This document shows, one piece after another, positions 25,116 to 39,744 of a DNA stretch of 64,000 nt. The DNA lies in the NCBI GenBank assembly GCA_977017645.1, contig OZ360247.1, forward strand, positions 41,354,001 through 41,418,000. The letters run 5' to 3'. The stretch is from Torpedo marmorata. Taxonomy: Eukaryota. Each line of letters starts with the position of its first letter. The stretch's first letter is position 1. The translations under genes were made by a program, and so were the position numbers. The notes under the pieces were generated by a model. It saw only the letters and a program-made list of their open reading frames with translations. It searched no databases and was not told where the DNA came from.

Positions 25116-25545
25116 TTGTGTTAAGACCTGGGGAAAAACATTATAACAGCAATAGATAATTAATCACCTTGAGACTTCTTTCTATTCAACTAGTTTATGG
25201 CTGACCCCAAATCCCATCGTCTAAAAGTGAAAGGGGAAATGGAGAGAATGGCTGGTGATTAGTGACTGAGAGATTTTGAAAGTGTTTCTTTTTCTGAGTT
25301 CTTAAAAGTCCACATGGCAGTTGTCATCGCCAACCGTGACCTCGCTCTGGCTCGAAGTATATTTGAGTACCCAAAGAGTCTCATTATTCATGTGGTTGAA
25401 ATGTCAAAGGGCTTCACTGTTTATGGAATTTTGCTACAGGTTGGATTACAGAGAAAAATGGCAGTGAAATTAATTCCACAGTATGTATCACCTGGTTGAA
25501 CACACTATTATGTAAAATGTATAAAATGTTCCTGTTTTCCCTTAG

Positions 25546-25693
25546 TGTGTTTCCTGTGGAAAATGTTTCAAGAAACTGTGGTCTCTGCATGAACATATTA
25601 AAGTTGTCCATGGCTTTGCTGAAAAGAAATTCTCCTGTGAGATTTGTGAGAAGAAGTTCTACACAATGGCTCATGTTCGAAAACATATGGTTG
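25546..25693 (+). CDS. ZNF652: ZNF652 internal coding exon (zinc fingers 3-4)
   Basis: cttag|TGT...GTT G|gtaag, 148 nt: [49 protein letters not shown]. Confidence 0.96.
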
Positions 25694-26129
25694 GTAAGTT
25701 TTAAAATATGAGTACATTGCCTATAATTGAAGAAAAATAAATTGCTTTCTGATGATTCAGAATCAAGAAAGAGAATGAAAATTTCTTGTATATTTCATAA
25801 AGGTATTATTTTGAAATTATACAATTACACTTGAAAAAGAAACAAGTCACCAAAACATAGAATTTGGTGAACCAATAAATGTAAATTGCAAGGTAATGAT
25901 CCTTCAGAAATTTAATACATTAGCTGAAGCGACTAAGTGAACTTAATTTGGATGGCAAATTATGGGACGACATAACCGGCAGTCAATAGTCTGAACAAAT
26001 ACCAATGATTTTTTTTCTAATCTATCACACATGAATTTTGATGAAGCACTGAATATTTATAACTTGTTTTGTTTTAACATGCTATTATATCTCTAGCTTT
26101 TTAAGGACTCTTCCTCAATATACGGGGAT

Positions 26130-26725
26130 AATGAGTTTATTGTGATGATGTGCGTATGCTCCAAAATTCTTGCTGCAAGTGAACTGTAAAAAAAAAATCC
26201 CAGCTACATAAGTAAACATAATTGAATTAAAAAGAGGCAATAAATACAAAAGATAGATAATAAATACAGTAAAATCCACGTTATCCAGAATTTAAGCAAC
26301 TGGCAAAAAAAGCAGAAAATAAATACCGGTAGGTAAAAAATAAAGCTTAAAATTGGCGCCCCCTAGTGGTTCATTTGCCAATACATGCAATGCACAATCT
26401 CAAGCAACCAGAAAATTCACTTATCCGGCATGTACCAATCCCCGTAGGTGCTGGATACTGGGGGTTTTACTGTATTCACAGTTATTGCAGTGCAAAAAAA
26501 GTGACTTTGCAATTGTGCAGGTAGTCCTTTTGTGGTGTTGGAGCAGTCCATGATTAGCAGAGATTCAAGGTCCTGATAACTGTTGGAAGGAAACTGTTTT
26601 TGAACCTAGAGGTGCTGATCTTCAGGCTTCTGTACCTCCTGCCTGAAGGTAGCAGTGAGAAGAGGTTGTGACCAGGTTGATGGTGTCCTTTATAATGTTG
26701 GCTGCTGCTTTGATGCAGCACCTTC
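26130..26725 (-). mobile_element. Rex1-type 3' relic interrupted by a MITE
   Basis: Minus ORF 26554-26745 HQPGHNLFSLLPSGRRYRSLK.STSRFKNSFLP. Confidence 0.75.
26267..26472. mobile_element. About 205-bp pogo/Tc1-mariner MITE
   Basis: CAGTAAAA.CC...GGTTTTACTG TIRs with TA flanks; second copy in opposite orientation at 54827-55030. Confidence 0.85.
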
Positions 26726-27704
26726 CAATTGGTCATCCTCCTCACCTGAATTCACACGAGTCGATACCTGGGCCAGCCTCTAGCCTCCAGGTGTATAAAA
26801 ATGAACTTTTTTTTTAATATACCCTGACCCTGCTCCTGGCTGTGATCCGCAGGCAGCACTTGACAACAGATTTAATCTGATGTGCATTACCAAATTAGCA
26901 GCTCAAAGATGATAAACATTGAATTATTTATTTAATACCACAGAGTATTATTTTTATTAGTCTTTGTACCTAGTATTCACACCCATCTGGTTTATATTTC
27001 TTTAAAAAAAGTTGGATTGCTGCAGGGTTAGGAAAGAGGGAAGTATTGCCATACATCTGGGTGCTTCTTTGCTCGAAGTGCTGAGAATGACAAATCTAAA
27101 CCCTTGAAGTGCCCTTAGTAATCACCATAAAGTCACTTAACAACCACCTGCAGCAAAAAGAGCTCTTTAAGCACCCTTGAACATTCAGTAGTACCTTGCC
27201 ACCCCATTTTTCCCTATATTCTCTACATGATATTTCTCCATGGTATCACTCCATTTCACCATACATTTTATTGCTTTTGCATTTTTTTGATCTATTACAT
27301 AAAGTTGCTAGAATAAGTCGGAAGAGTTTGTTTAAACTATGTGTAATCAAGAGGTTGTAGCATAAGAGGTTGGCTGTGGACCACTCGGGCTGTGGGCTCT
27401 GGGGCATCAGCAGACCAGAACAGGGCACCAAAGCAGGAGACCACCTCCCGCTGAGGCAGGGATGCCTGGGAGAGGACCCTACAGGGAAGGTGACCATGGC
27501 AGCAGACCAGAGAGGAGCTTGGCAGCTGCAAGACTCACACAGGCTGCTGGAGACTGGCGGCTAAGGGGCTCAGACTAGGCTTCGGGCTGCTGGACACTGG
27601 CTTGTAGGAATCTGATATTGGGATCCGAACTTGTGAGGGCACTAATGGGAAGAATGGATCCTGAAGAGACTCGGGTGCTGACAGCTTCTTGATTGAATTG
27701 CATA

Positions 27705-27915
27705 TCAGTTACAGCACCTGTGACCCAGGTTCGAATCCGGCGCTTTCTATAAGCAGTTTGTACGTTCTCCCCCCGACCTGCGTGGGTTTTCCCCAGATGC
27801 TCCAATTTCCTCCCACCCTCCAAAAGTGTACGAGGCTGGTAAGTTAATTGGGTGGCACAGGTTTCAATGGCCGGTTATCAATTCCTACCATGTTGTATTG
27901 TGAAATGTAAATAAA
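27705..27915 (+). mobile_element. tRNA-derived V-SINE (HE1-like)
   Basis: B box GGTTCGAATCC (27728-27738) and V-domain GTTTGTACGTTCTCCCC..CTGCGTGGGTTTTCC...TTTCCTCCCAC. Confidence 0.85.
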
Positions 27916-28870
27916 GTGCCACTATGGTAGCATCCACCAAAAAGGTATAAATTCGGTTTGTATTGCTATAGGCCTATCAAAATCATTATCATTTCAATTA
28001 TGCACACTAATTATGATACAGGGGATGCATCAAGTCAATGCTAGCTCCAAATAGAGCAATCCCATAATCTTATTCCCTGGTAGATCTGCAATTTATTCCC
28101 TCTTTTATTTTCTGTTTTCATAATTCTTTTTGCCACTTGCCTACATGAGCAATATACAGTAGAAAATTAACCTACCAGTTTGTCTTTCATCAAATATCAG
28201 TGAACTGTACAACAGTGCAACAGGTATTGATTCAGTAGTTGTATCACAGAAAAACAACTACTGTATCAAAGTTTTTGACAGATCAAGGGAGCAAAATAGT
28301 TCCTAAATTATCTTGGTGTAGTTTCTGCTTATTCTTCATCATTCAACCAAGCCTAAATCATTAAGAAGTTGCCCATGTGGCCAATAACAAGAACAACAAT
28401 CCATAAACTGAAAAAAGATTAAAGAATTCAATTTTGATGCATGGAAATATGAGAAATAGAATTTAGTCTGGAGGAGCATGAACTAATGCATGTAGAGATT
28501 TGGTAAGGTAGTGAATATTAATTGGTAGGCTTCCCAAAAGTGTAGAAAAAGAGAGCTTGGCATGCATGTGCATCCTTAACCTGAACTTGGCAGAAAGGTA
28601 GATAAGGTAAATAAGAAGGCATGTTGGATGTGTTCCTTTTGTGGCCTAAAATATTGAATGCAAGAACAGAGGTCAAATTAGAAATAAAAACAGAAAATGC
28701 TGGGAACACTCAGCAGAGGGGGCAGCAGCTGCTGAAAGAGGAGCAGTTAATGTTTCAGATCTTGGAGCCTTTGTTAGAACTGGAAAACAAGAAAAAAAAG
28801 GAAGTTTTCAGTATTGAGAAAGTAGAGGAGAGATGGATAGAACAAAGAGAATATCTCTGATGTTAAAGTA

Positions 28871-30445
28871 AACAGTGCCTACTAGAATCCCTGAAAAGGC
28901 TGAGGACCCTGTGATATCTGTCTCTGAGGGCAACATCAGAACATCATTCAAGAGGGTGAACCCTTGCAAGGCGTCAGGTCCTGACAGCGTACCTGGCAGG
29001 GTACTGAAAATCTGCGCCAACCAACTAGCCGGAGTGTTCACGTACATTTTCAACCTCTCATTGCGGTAGTGAGAGGTTCCCACCTGCTTCAAAAGGGCAT
29101 CAATCATCCTGGTACCCAAGAAGAGTAGTGTGAACTGCCTCAACGACTACCGCCCAGTAGCACTAACTTCTACTGTGGTGAAATGCTTTGAGAGGCTGGT
29201 CATGGCCAGAATTAACATGTACGTACCTAAGCAAAGATCTGGACCCACTACAATTCACCTATCGTCACAATCGCTCCACAGCAGATGCAATATTGCTGGC
29301 TCTCCACTCAGCTCTGGATCACCTCGAAAACAGCAATTCATACATACGACTGCTCTTCATCAACTACAGCTCGGCCTTCAATACCATTATTCCCTCAGTG
29401 CTGGTCAAGAAGCTACAAACTAGGCCTCTGTACCCCCCTCTGCAACTGGATCCTTGACTTTCTCATCGGAAGACCACAGTCAGTACGAATTGGAAACAAC
29501 GTCTCCTCCTCACTAATTATCAACACAGGCGCACCCCAAGGATGCGTGCTTAGTCCACTGCTCTACTCGTTATACACCCATGACTGTGTGGCCAGGCACA
29601 ATTCCAATGCCATCTCCAAGTTTTCCGATGACACCACATGTGTTGGCAGAATCACAAACGGCAATGAGGAAGCGTACAGGAGGGAGATAAATCAGCTCGT
29701 TGAATGGTGTAACGACAATAACCTTGCGCTCAACGTCAGCAAAACCAAGGAGATGATTGTGGACTTCAGGAGGAAGTCAGGATAACACTTCCCAGTCCTC
29801 ATCGAGGGCTCAGTAGTGGAGAGGGTCAAGAACTTCAAATTCCTGGGTGTCAACATCTCCGAGGATCTGTCCTGGAGCATCCACGTTGATGCAATCAAAA
29901 AGAAGGCTCGCCAGCGGCTATACTTTGTGAGGTGCCTGAGGAGATTCGGTATGTCACCGAAGACTCTCGTAAACTTCTATAGGTATATCTTGGAGAGCAT
30001 TCTGGCTGGTATGGAGGTGCCAACTCTCAGGTCAAGAATAAACTCCAGAGGGTTGTTAACTCGGCCTGTGACATCACAGGCACCAGACTTCACTCCATTG
30101 AGGACATCTACATGAGGCAGTGTCTTAAAAAAGCAGCCTCTGTCCTCAAAGACCCCCACCACCCAGGCCATGCCCTCTTCACTCTGCTACCATCAGGAAA
30201 AAGGTACATGAGCTTAAAGACGAGCACTCAACGGCACAAGGACAGATTCTTCCCCGCTGCCATCAGATTCCTAAATAATCAATGAACCAAAGACACTGCC
30301 TTACTTTTCGCGCACTATTATTTATATATATTTTTTATAGTGATGTCGTAAGGTGGTTATAATGTGAATGCTTGCACTATGATGCTGCCGCAAAACACCG
30401 AATTTCATGACTTGTTCATGACAATAAATTCTGATTCTGAAATTC
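28871..30445 (+). mobile_element. Young 5'-truncated Rex1/Babar LINE (RT), frameshifted
   Basis: [67 protein letters not shown]; tail ACAATAAATTCTGATTCTGA. Confidence 0.93.
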
Positions 30446-30446
30446 T

Positions 30447-30945
30447 GGGTAGAGGACACAATAAAACAGCAGACCCCATATCAACAGTTCAACACTATTT
30501 TATTACTTTATAATGTAATCGGGTACTTCCTCATAAGCAAAGCTGTTGTAACTAACAACGGGGTTTTACTACAAGAAAGCCCACTTGGTGCTCCGAGACA
30601 CAGATATTTATACACGCTGGCCTCCTTGTTACATCATCTTAAAAGTGGTAATTAAATAATTCATCAAAAAGCGGGATCAAAGCAATATGTGAAGTCAGCT
30701 ATCCTGTCCCACAGTCCTTATCAAAGGTTGTTTATCATATTGACCTCCTATAAAGTATGTCCAGTTCAAAGTCTTATCTCCCTATGGTTCCTTACCCGAT
30801 ATTGCCTCTAAAACTGTTTGTCACACGCCTGGCCATCCGTCCGGTCAAACATTTATCAACCATTGCTTTAATTGTGAGGTTCAAAGGTTACATTCATAAG
30901 GTGTGATCAGTTTCTGTAGCCCCACTATAGATAATTGCTCAACTG
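30447..30945 (-). mobile_element. Possible LTR-like segment
   Basis: Minus-strand TATAAATA (about 30605) about 110 bp upstream of AATAAA (about 30498), an LTR U3-R layout; termini and TSD not resolved. Confidence 0.35.
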
Positions 30946-31065
30946 TACCATTGTTAAGATAAATATTCAAATGTATTTTCTTTCTGGAAGCATATAATCT
31001 GCGAGAATCAGGGAAATCTCAGCTGTAAGAATATCTTGGGTGGAGGGGAGACAAGCACTCTTGGT

Positions 31066-31790
31066 TCAGATTTCAGATGTATTTCATATTTATTGTCAGA
31101 GTACATACGTGACATCACATACAACCCTGAGATTCTTTTTCCTGCGGGCGTGGCAAAATTACTACTAATTGGTAGTGCAGAAAATAAACTGTACACAGCG
31201 TAAAACATGTAAACAATCAAAGAACTGTAAACAGATAACGAATGTAAACAAGCTATGCAATACAGAGAGAACAAAAAGAAAATCAATAAAATGCACAAGA
31301 CAGAGTCCTTAAATGAGTCTCTGATTGAGTTTGTTGTTGAGGAGTCTGATGGTGGAGGGATAGCAGCTGTTCCTGAACCTGGTGGTGCGAGTATTGTGGC
31401 ACCTATACCTCTTTCCTGATCTGATGGCAGCAGCGAGAACAGAGCGTGTGCTGGGTGGTGTGGGTCTTTGATGATTGCTGCTGCTCTCCGACGGCAGCGT
31501 TCCCTGTAGATGTACTCAATAGTGGGGAGGGTTTTGCCTGTGATGTCCTGGGCTGTGTCCACTAACTTTTAGAGGGCTTTACGCTCAGGGGTATTGGTGT
31601 TTCCATACCAGACCGTGATGCAGCCGGTCAGCACTTTCCACCACACCTCTATAGAAATTTGCCAGGGTTTCTGATGTCATTACCAAACTTCCGCAAACTC
31701 CTGAGGAAGTAGAGGTGCTGACGTGCTTTCTTCACAATGCCATTGGTGTGTTGGATCCAGGAAAGATCCTCCAAGATAGTGACTCCCAAG
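31066..31790 (-). mobile_element. Rex1-type LINE 3' fragment
   Basis: ORF 31008-31562 ITGKTLPTIEYIY...IIKDPHHPAHALFSLLPS; TGACAATAAA and TCTGAAA-type tail. Confidence 0.88.
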
Positions 31791-32534
31791 AACTACTCTA
31801 CTCTCCCAAGTTTCTACTTTCTCACTGATATGAAGGCAGTTACAAGCACATTGTGCAACCAAAGTTTTTAATTTAACCAGAGTACTGTTACGAAAATGTG
31901 AAGTGTCAATGCTAACATTGTTAAAAATCTATATTGATGGTGCCAGTTTGGGAAATTGATAGTTTCTTTGGATCTACATTTTAAAAAGGATTCAAACTTT
32001 AGTTACCATTTGTGCCTTGACTCTTGAGAATCTGAAAATCCTTTTGGGCAACTAAATAAATTTATTTTTTTTACTGTGATCCAATTATCTACTGCAGTGT
32101 TTCCTCTGCTTCATTATCAGATTTGGAACAGCATTGCCAGATGCTTACCACACTTGGCTGTAATGTACTGAATCAAGGGAAAATGTGAATGCAGATTGCT
32201 TTCTTTCTTTGCAAAATTTCCAAACTTGTACTCCTTGTACGCTGTAGTTGTATTTGAAGTGAATAATTTTGTGCTAATTTACTTCAGACACACAAGATAA
32301 ACATTTGTAGTTCATTTAAAAAATGAGTGGATTTTACATTGGAATAAAAGTGCTCAATTTTGATGTAAGAAAGCACTGAGATGTAGCACTACACTGACAA
32401 TTATAAAGGTGTTAATTACAGTAACAATAAAAGTTATAATATGCAGTCTACAGCTTTACTAATTTAAATATCACAGCAAATATTTAATATACAATTTGGT
32501 TTGGATTTGTGTTTGATTTTTGAGGAACTTGAGT

Positions 32535-33090
32535 TTGCATCAACATGCATTCCACCTGAGTAATACACAATCCAATGGTATGAAGATAACATTTTCCAAT
32601 TTCAGGCAACCCTTCCTATCTGTGTTTACCCTCCCTCTCCTTCTGATCCACCCCTGGTCCTCCCATTTTTGATCTCTTTTCCACAGCCTCTCTCCAGCCT
32701 TCCCATCACCCCTTTTGCCCTTCACTGGTTCCATCTGTCTACTGTCCACAGATTCCCTTCCCCATCTGGTTCCACCTTCACATTTCTCCCATAAATTGTT
32801 GCTGTTATCACCTTGAATATCAGATTCCAGCTCTTGTCAGCTTTTTGTGTTCCGCTAATCACCCTCCAGTGTCTGTTCCCACCATGATCCCCTCCCCCAC
32901 TCCACTCAATCTGGCCATCATCTCTCACCCCTCAGTCCACCTATCACCCACCAACCCCTGTCTCCCACCTCCCCCTTTCTGTATCAGGTGCCTTCCATCA
33001 CCATGATGTAGGGTCTCAACCCAAAATGTCAGCAATTACTTTTCCCTCCACAGATGCTGCTTAATTCGCTGCTCCTCCATTCTTTTTTCT
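32535..33090 (+). mobile_element. Penelope-like 3' fragment
   Basis: NGMKITFSNF end, pyrimidine-rich UTR, degenerate TGATGTAGGGTCTCAACCCAAAATGTC motif. Confidence 0.65.
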
Positions 33091-33186
33091 GTGCTTGGGG
33101 TTGATTCATCTATTTTTGTAAATATTTTGCATAATGACGTTATGAAAATGATTGTGACATTTTAAAGTGCACAATGTACTAATTGA

Positions 33187-33360
<174 letters not shown>

Positions 33361-33402
33361 TAATATGTTTTATTTTGTTTATTCATAATAATATATAAGC
33401 TG

Positions 33403-33642
33403 GTCAGACCTACAGCACGATAACAGGCCCTCTGGCCCACGAGCCCCTGCCGCCCAATTACACCCAATATTGACCAACAGCCCCCGTACGTTTTGAAGGA
33501 TGGGAGGAAACTGGAGCACCCAGAGGAAGCCCATGCAGACACGGGGAGAACGTACAAACTCTTTACAGGCAGTGCCGGATTCGAACCTGGGTCACTGGTG
33601 CTGTAATAGCATTGCGCTAACTACTACACTAACCGTGCCACC
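33403..33642 (-). mobile_element. V-SINE (HE1-like)
   Basis: GGATTCGAACC (reverse B box) and GGGAGGAAACTGGAGCACCC...GGGGAGAACGTACAAACT. Confidence 0.88.
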
Positions 33643-34235
33643 GTTTTGTGTTTTATGACCTGGTTTTCCAAATGTTTGGAAAACAAAATTAAATTTTAAA
33701 GATGCACTAAGCTAATTAGTATGTCTTCAGAAATTTCTCGGTGTGGAATGTAAATTTCTTGCATGAATATTTTAAAATGTATGGGCCAAGAAATTATGTG
33801 CACAACATAATTGAATTTCTTCATAAAATTTATTGCAATGCACATCTGGATACTAATTGTACAGCAGACAGAGTCTGTGATTTTTCTTCTGAATCTTCTA
33901 TAAATCTGATATGCCAATCCCCGGATGTGCCAGACTTGTGAAATGGTATGCACCTCGTATCAAGTGTAGGTTAAACAGGACTTGCAGGTTAAATTCTATG
34001 AAGTCCGGCTTCAGTTAAGATAATTTCAAGTAAAAATACTTACCCCTTATGATATATCTCTGGTGGATTCCCAACACCCCTTCCCTGTCACAACTATCAC
34101 GCCATTGACTGACTACTTGACTCTTGCTGACTTGACCTTTGCTGATCTTTCTCACTTTCTCTGCCTTTCATCACCAACATTAACCACATGATCATTCCTA
34201 ACATCTTTGGACTCATTCACAATTACATTTTGCAT

Positions 34236-37200
34236 GAACATAGAACAATACAGTACAGTACAGGCCCATCGGCCCTCGATGTTGTGCCGACCCATATATT
34301 CCTTCCTAAAAAAAATACTAAACTCTCCCTTCCCTGTAACCCTCTATTTTTCTTTCATCCATGTGTCTGTCTAAGAGTCTCTTAAATGCCCCCAATGTTT
34401 CAGGCTCCACCACCATCCCCGGCAAGGCAGTCCAGGCACCCACAACTCTCTGTGTAAAAAAATTAAAAAAATAAAAACTTACCCGATGTCTCCCCTAAAC
34501 ATCCCTCCCTTAACTTTGCACTTATGTCCTCTGGTGTTTGCTGATCCTGCCCTGGGAAACAGGTATTGGCTGTCCAACCTATCTATGCCTCTCATAATCT
34601 TGTAGACCTCTATCAAGTCTCCTCTCATCCTTCTACGCTTCAAAGAGAAAAGTCCCAGTTCTACTAACCTTGCCTCATAAGACTGGTTTTCCAATCCAGG
34701 CAACATCCTGGTAAATCTCCTCTGCACCCTCTCCATAGCTTCCACATCCTTCCTATAATGAGGTGACCAGAGATTTGTAGAGTAGCAATATGACCTCTCT
34801 ACTCCTGAATTCAATCCTCCTATTAATGAAGTCCAGCATCCCATAGGCCTTTTTATTTATTTATTTATTTTTTTTAATTTAAATTTTTAAATCACAAAAT
34901 ACATAGAATAAAATCCATATATTTGAAAATACATGTGATATACATTTTCTCCCCCCCTTCCCACCCTCCCCTCCCTAACCCCTACATCCCCACTACTCTA
35001 AAAAAAATATATATAAAAAAATATATAGTAAAAGAGAAAAATAAAAAAGAAAGATAGAAAAATAGAGTGAGGAGAAAACAAGCTACAAACTAATTCTACC
35101 ATAGAGGTTATTTTCGCCAGTGGATCCGATATCCAGAGAATTTAAATTGTCAAATAATAACCATTCCCTGTCAATCAAATCCACCAGCGTTTCCCTCTTA
35201 ATCTGCTGTATATACATTTCCTCCTCAACTAGAATAAAAGACAGAAATAGAAAAAAGAAAAACTCCCCTATAAAAAACACTGGTCTTCTACTCCCAGTGT
35301 TACCCCCCTCCATTGACCATAGGCCTTCTTAACTATCCTATCAACCTGTGCGGCGACCTTGAGGGATGTATGGATTTGAACCCCAAGGTCCCTCTGTTCA
35401 TCCACACTCTTAAGTAACCGACCATTAACCCTTGTACTCAGGCTTCTGGTTTGTCCTTCCAAAATGCATCACCTCACACTTATCCGGATTGAACTCCATC
35501 TGCCACTTTTCTGCCTAACTCTGCATCCTGTCTATATCCTCTTGTAACCTTCGACAACCTTCAGCTCCATCCACAACTCCTCCAACCTTCGTGTCATCCG
35601 CAAACATACTGACCCATCCTTCCGCCTCTTCATCCAGGTCATTTATAAAAATCACAAAGAGCAGGGGTCCCAGAACAGATCCCTGCGGCACTCCACTAGT
35701 CACCGACCTCCAGGCTTTCCTTCCTACTTTCCTTCCTCTACTACTCTCTGCTTTCTTCCTTCAAGCCAATTTTTTATCCACACAGCCAAGGTTCCACTGA
35801 TCCCATGCCTCATGACTTTCTGGATGAGTCTCTTGTGGGGGACCTTGTCAAATGCCTTGTTAAAATCCATGTAGACCACATCTACCGCCCTACCCTCATC
35901 AATTTCTTTTGTTACCTCCTCAAAAAACTCAATTAGACTCGTGAGGCACGACCTTCCCTTCACAAAGCCATGCTGACTATCCTTGAGTAGACTGTACTTC
36001 TCCAAATGCTCATAGATCCTATCCTTAAGAATTCTCTCCATTAGTTTGCACACCACTGATGCAAGACTCACCGGTCTATAATTCCCAGAATTCTCCCTTT
36101 TATCTTTTTTAAACAAGGGGACTACATTTGCCATTCTCCAATCCTCCGGCACATCCCCTGCGGCCAAAGAGGATTCAAAGATCATCGCTACTGCCCCAGC
36201 TATCTCTTCTCTCACTTCCCACAACAGCCTGGGATATATCGCGTCCGGCCCCGGGGACTTATCAATCTTGATGTTTTTAAGAAGATCCAACACTTCCACT
36301 TCCTTGATCTCCACATTGTCCAGCACACAGGCCTGTTCAATTTAGGACCTCCCCAACCTCCTCTGCTTCCAGGCACATGTTGCCTCCTTTATCCTTCAGC
36401 GGCCCCACCTTCATTCTCGTCATCCTTCTGTTCTTCACATACGCATAGAACGCCTTGGGGTTCTCCTTAATTCTACATGCCAAGGCCTTCTCATGCCCCC
36501 TTCGAGCTCTCCTAAGTCCTTTCTTAAGCTCCTTCCTGGCTACCATATACTTTTCATGAGCTCTTCCTGTTTCCTGCTTCCTATATCTAATGTCTGCTTC
36601 CTTCTTCCTCTTGACTATTTGCCTGACCTGTTTCTTCAGCCACGGTTCCCTTTTCCAACCATCTTTTCCTTGTCCCAGTGGGACAAACCTATCTTGAACC
36701 CTGCACAAGTGGTCCCTAAACTTCCTCCACATTACTTCTATGCTTTCACCCTTAAACATCTGTTTCCAATTTACTCTCGTTCCTGCCTCATCCCTTCATA
36801 ATTAGCCCTTCCCCAATTAAGCACTTTCCCATTTTGACTGTTTTTATCCTTTTCCATAGCTATGTTGAAGCTAAGGGAGTTGTGGTCACTCTCACCAAAA
36901 TGCTCCCCCACTGAGAAGTCCGCCACCTGACCAGGTTCATTCCCCAGAACCAGATCCAATATGACCTCTCCTCTCGTCGGCCGGTCCACATACTGTGTCA
37001 GGAATCCTTCTTGAACACACCTGACAAATTCAGCCCCATCTATCCCTCTTGCAGTCAGTAGGTGCCAGTCAATATTAGGGAAGTTGAAATCACCCATAAC
37101 TACAACCCTGCATTTCCCACACCATTCCAAAATCTGCCTGCTTATCTGCTCCTCGGTATCCCGAGGGCTATTTGTGGGCCTATAGACTACTCCCAGCACA

Positions 37201-37460
37201 GTGATAGCTCCGTTCTTATTTCTGACTTCCAACCACACCGACTCAGTGACAATCCCTCTGCAGCGCCCTCCTTTTCTATAGCCGTGATGCTATCCCTGAC
37301 CAGTAATGCTACTCCCCCCCCCTCCCCCTTTTCCACCTCCCATCCTATTTTTTTTTAAACACCTAAACCCTGGTACCTGCATCAGCCAATCTTGCCCTTC
37401 CTCCAGCCAAGTTTTAGTGACGGCCACAACATCGTAGTTCCACATACTGATTCATGCTCC
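34236..37460 (-). mobile_element. CR1 LINE, 5'-truncated, APE endonuclease and RT, frameshifted
   Basis: VVVMGDFNFPNIDW, ILDLVLGN, SDHN (EN); [55 protein letters not shown] (RT). Confidence 0.95.
34852..35316 (-). mobile_element. L1-like 3' UTR fragment inserted in CR1
   Basis: 11-bp TSD CCATAGGCCTT (34841-34851, 35317-35327), minus-strand (TAAA)n tail and G-rich tract. Confidence 0.78.
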
Positions 37461-37463
37461 ATT

Positions 37464-38320
37464 GTAAAAGGGCGTGGAAGCAGGAGCTCCAAAAGTCTTT
37501 TCCTGCTGAGATGTGAGAAAAGATTCTAAAATTGGTTAATACTTCATCAATGTGTGCTAGACACGCCCTGTATTTTTCCTAATTTTTATCCAATCTGTGA
37601 TAGGTGTAATTTGCAAGTGGCTTTATTGATCCATATGTTTTGGTCCTGTCCGGTTCTGGAAAGATATTGGAAAGATGTCTTTGGTACTCTTTTAGTAATC
37701 CTCGCAATTAATTTACAACCAAATCCCTTAACTGCTCTTTTTGGAGTTTTAGGAGCAGATGTTGGTCGTTGTCCGGCTTCTGCTCATCGGATGATAGTTT
37801 TTACCACCCTGATGGCTAGGAGAGCAATTCTTCTTAAATGGAAGGACCCCACTCCGCCTACTATAGTTCAATGGTTTTCTCAAACCTCGGCCTGTTTGAA
37901 TTTAGAGAAAATTAGAAGTGCTACATTTGATCTATCTCTCCGTTAAATATGAAGAAATTTGGCGCCCATTCATACAATATTTTCGTATGATATAATTTCT
38001 AACGTTTATTGTCCCTTCCTGATTTCATTAAGCTTTTTTGGAGGAGGACCCGGCTTCTTATGTTTGATGAACTCTGATCCAAGGCTTTCCAGTTTTTGTT
38101 TTTGTGGGGTTTTTTCTTTATTAGATTAGTATAGGGGGTTTTACTTTAATGTGAATTTTTTCCTTTTTTTTTCTTTGATTGAGTATGGGGAGATGAAGAT
38201 ACTATTATTATGTACTGATTGCTGTATATTGCAATCTTTTCAATCATGTATCCTTAATCTCTCCATCCATTGTTTATTGTATGTTTTATATTAAAATCAA
38301 TAAAAAGATTGAAAAAGAAA
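37464..38320 (+). mobile_element. 5'-truncated L1 (ORF2 C-terminal CCHC region and 3' UTR)
   Basis: CDRC...HMFWSC, ARRAILLKWK; AATAAA and A-rich tail; 15-bp TSD GATYCATGCTCCATT (37449-37463, 38321-38335). Confidence 0.88.
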
Positions 38321-39423
38321 GATCCATGCTCCATTAGCAGGTTCTTATTGCCTTTATGTTGAGCTCTCTTTTCATAAATTATATAGCCCAGGGGATTTAC
38401 AAATGATTGATATTTTCATGATTTTTGAAGTTTATTTATTATTTCTGCTTCTATTGTACTCTAATATTTTAAAGTTATTTGAAATGGTGTATATTGCATT
38501 TGGGTACACAGTGAGAATTCTTTAAGTCGATTATGAGCAAACTGATACCAATGATGCAATTGAACTGACACTTGATTGCTGTAAGGCATTTGGAAGAAGC
38601 AGGGTTCTTGCCATAGAAATTACGAGATATGTAGGGGGCTTTCTTTAAGGTCAGCAGCAAGTACCATTGCTTTGCCACTGACCACAATCTCTAAATTAAA
38701 AGAAATCACTACTTTATTGCCTATTTTGTCACAGGATGCCTGAAGACAGCTTAATTAAATGCGTAGGAGCAGGAGTAGGCCGTCTGGCCCATCGAAGCTG
38801 CTCCGCCATTCAATCTGACCATGGCTGATCTGACCAGCCCTAAATAGTAATTATTAATCTGTGAAGCTTTTTGCCAAGTTATTAGATATATCAAACGATG
38901 TCAAAAAGTTGACATGATTAAACTGGATATTGGAAATTCATCCCAGAATATAACTGAATAGTGTAGCTGGACATTGTACAATACTTCATTGCAATCAGTT
39001 TTACTCGTTAGACCTGTACAGTATGACAGGTGAAGCCTGATTTCATTAAAAATTGTGATGTTGCATGTCTTCTGTATGACACGAGTTCATTACTGATTGT
39101 TGCTAATCTGAGTTTGGATGCAGTTCAAATACAAAGTATTCATGAGCTAATTGTGAGACCACATTTTATTATCAGTCAGACAGACTGTTGGAATATCATC
39201 CAGGGTTGATATTCCAACAACAAGCAATGTGGTCATAAAGATTTGTTAATGGAGAACTGAAGTATTCATAACTCAAATTATTATACATGATAATTTATAT
39301 GAAACTTAATAATTCTTTACAAATTTGAATAATGTTCTAAATTGTTATTTGTTTGCTCCCAAATACTATCATCTTTGAAAAAGGACTGTGAAATTAAAAT
39401 TCTAATTTATCATTATACAATGA

Positions 39424-39609
<186 letters not shown>

Positions 39610-39744
39610 TGACCAAAACTTGATATCTGCTTCAAATCTGATTTCATAATTTTGTTTTAGTCATACTGCATCAACACCAGGTTTCACTTGTTTACATTCT
39701 GTGACTAAAACTTGATATCTGCTTCAAATCTGATTTTATTTTTT

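Noticed and set aside
27705-27745. tRNA gene
   Set aside because: The B box belongs to a V-SINE head; no cloverleaf.
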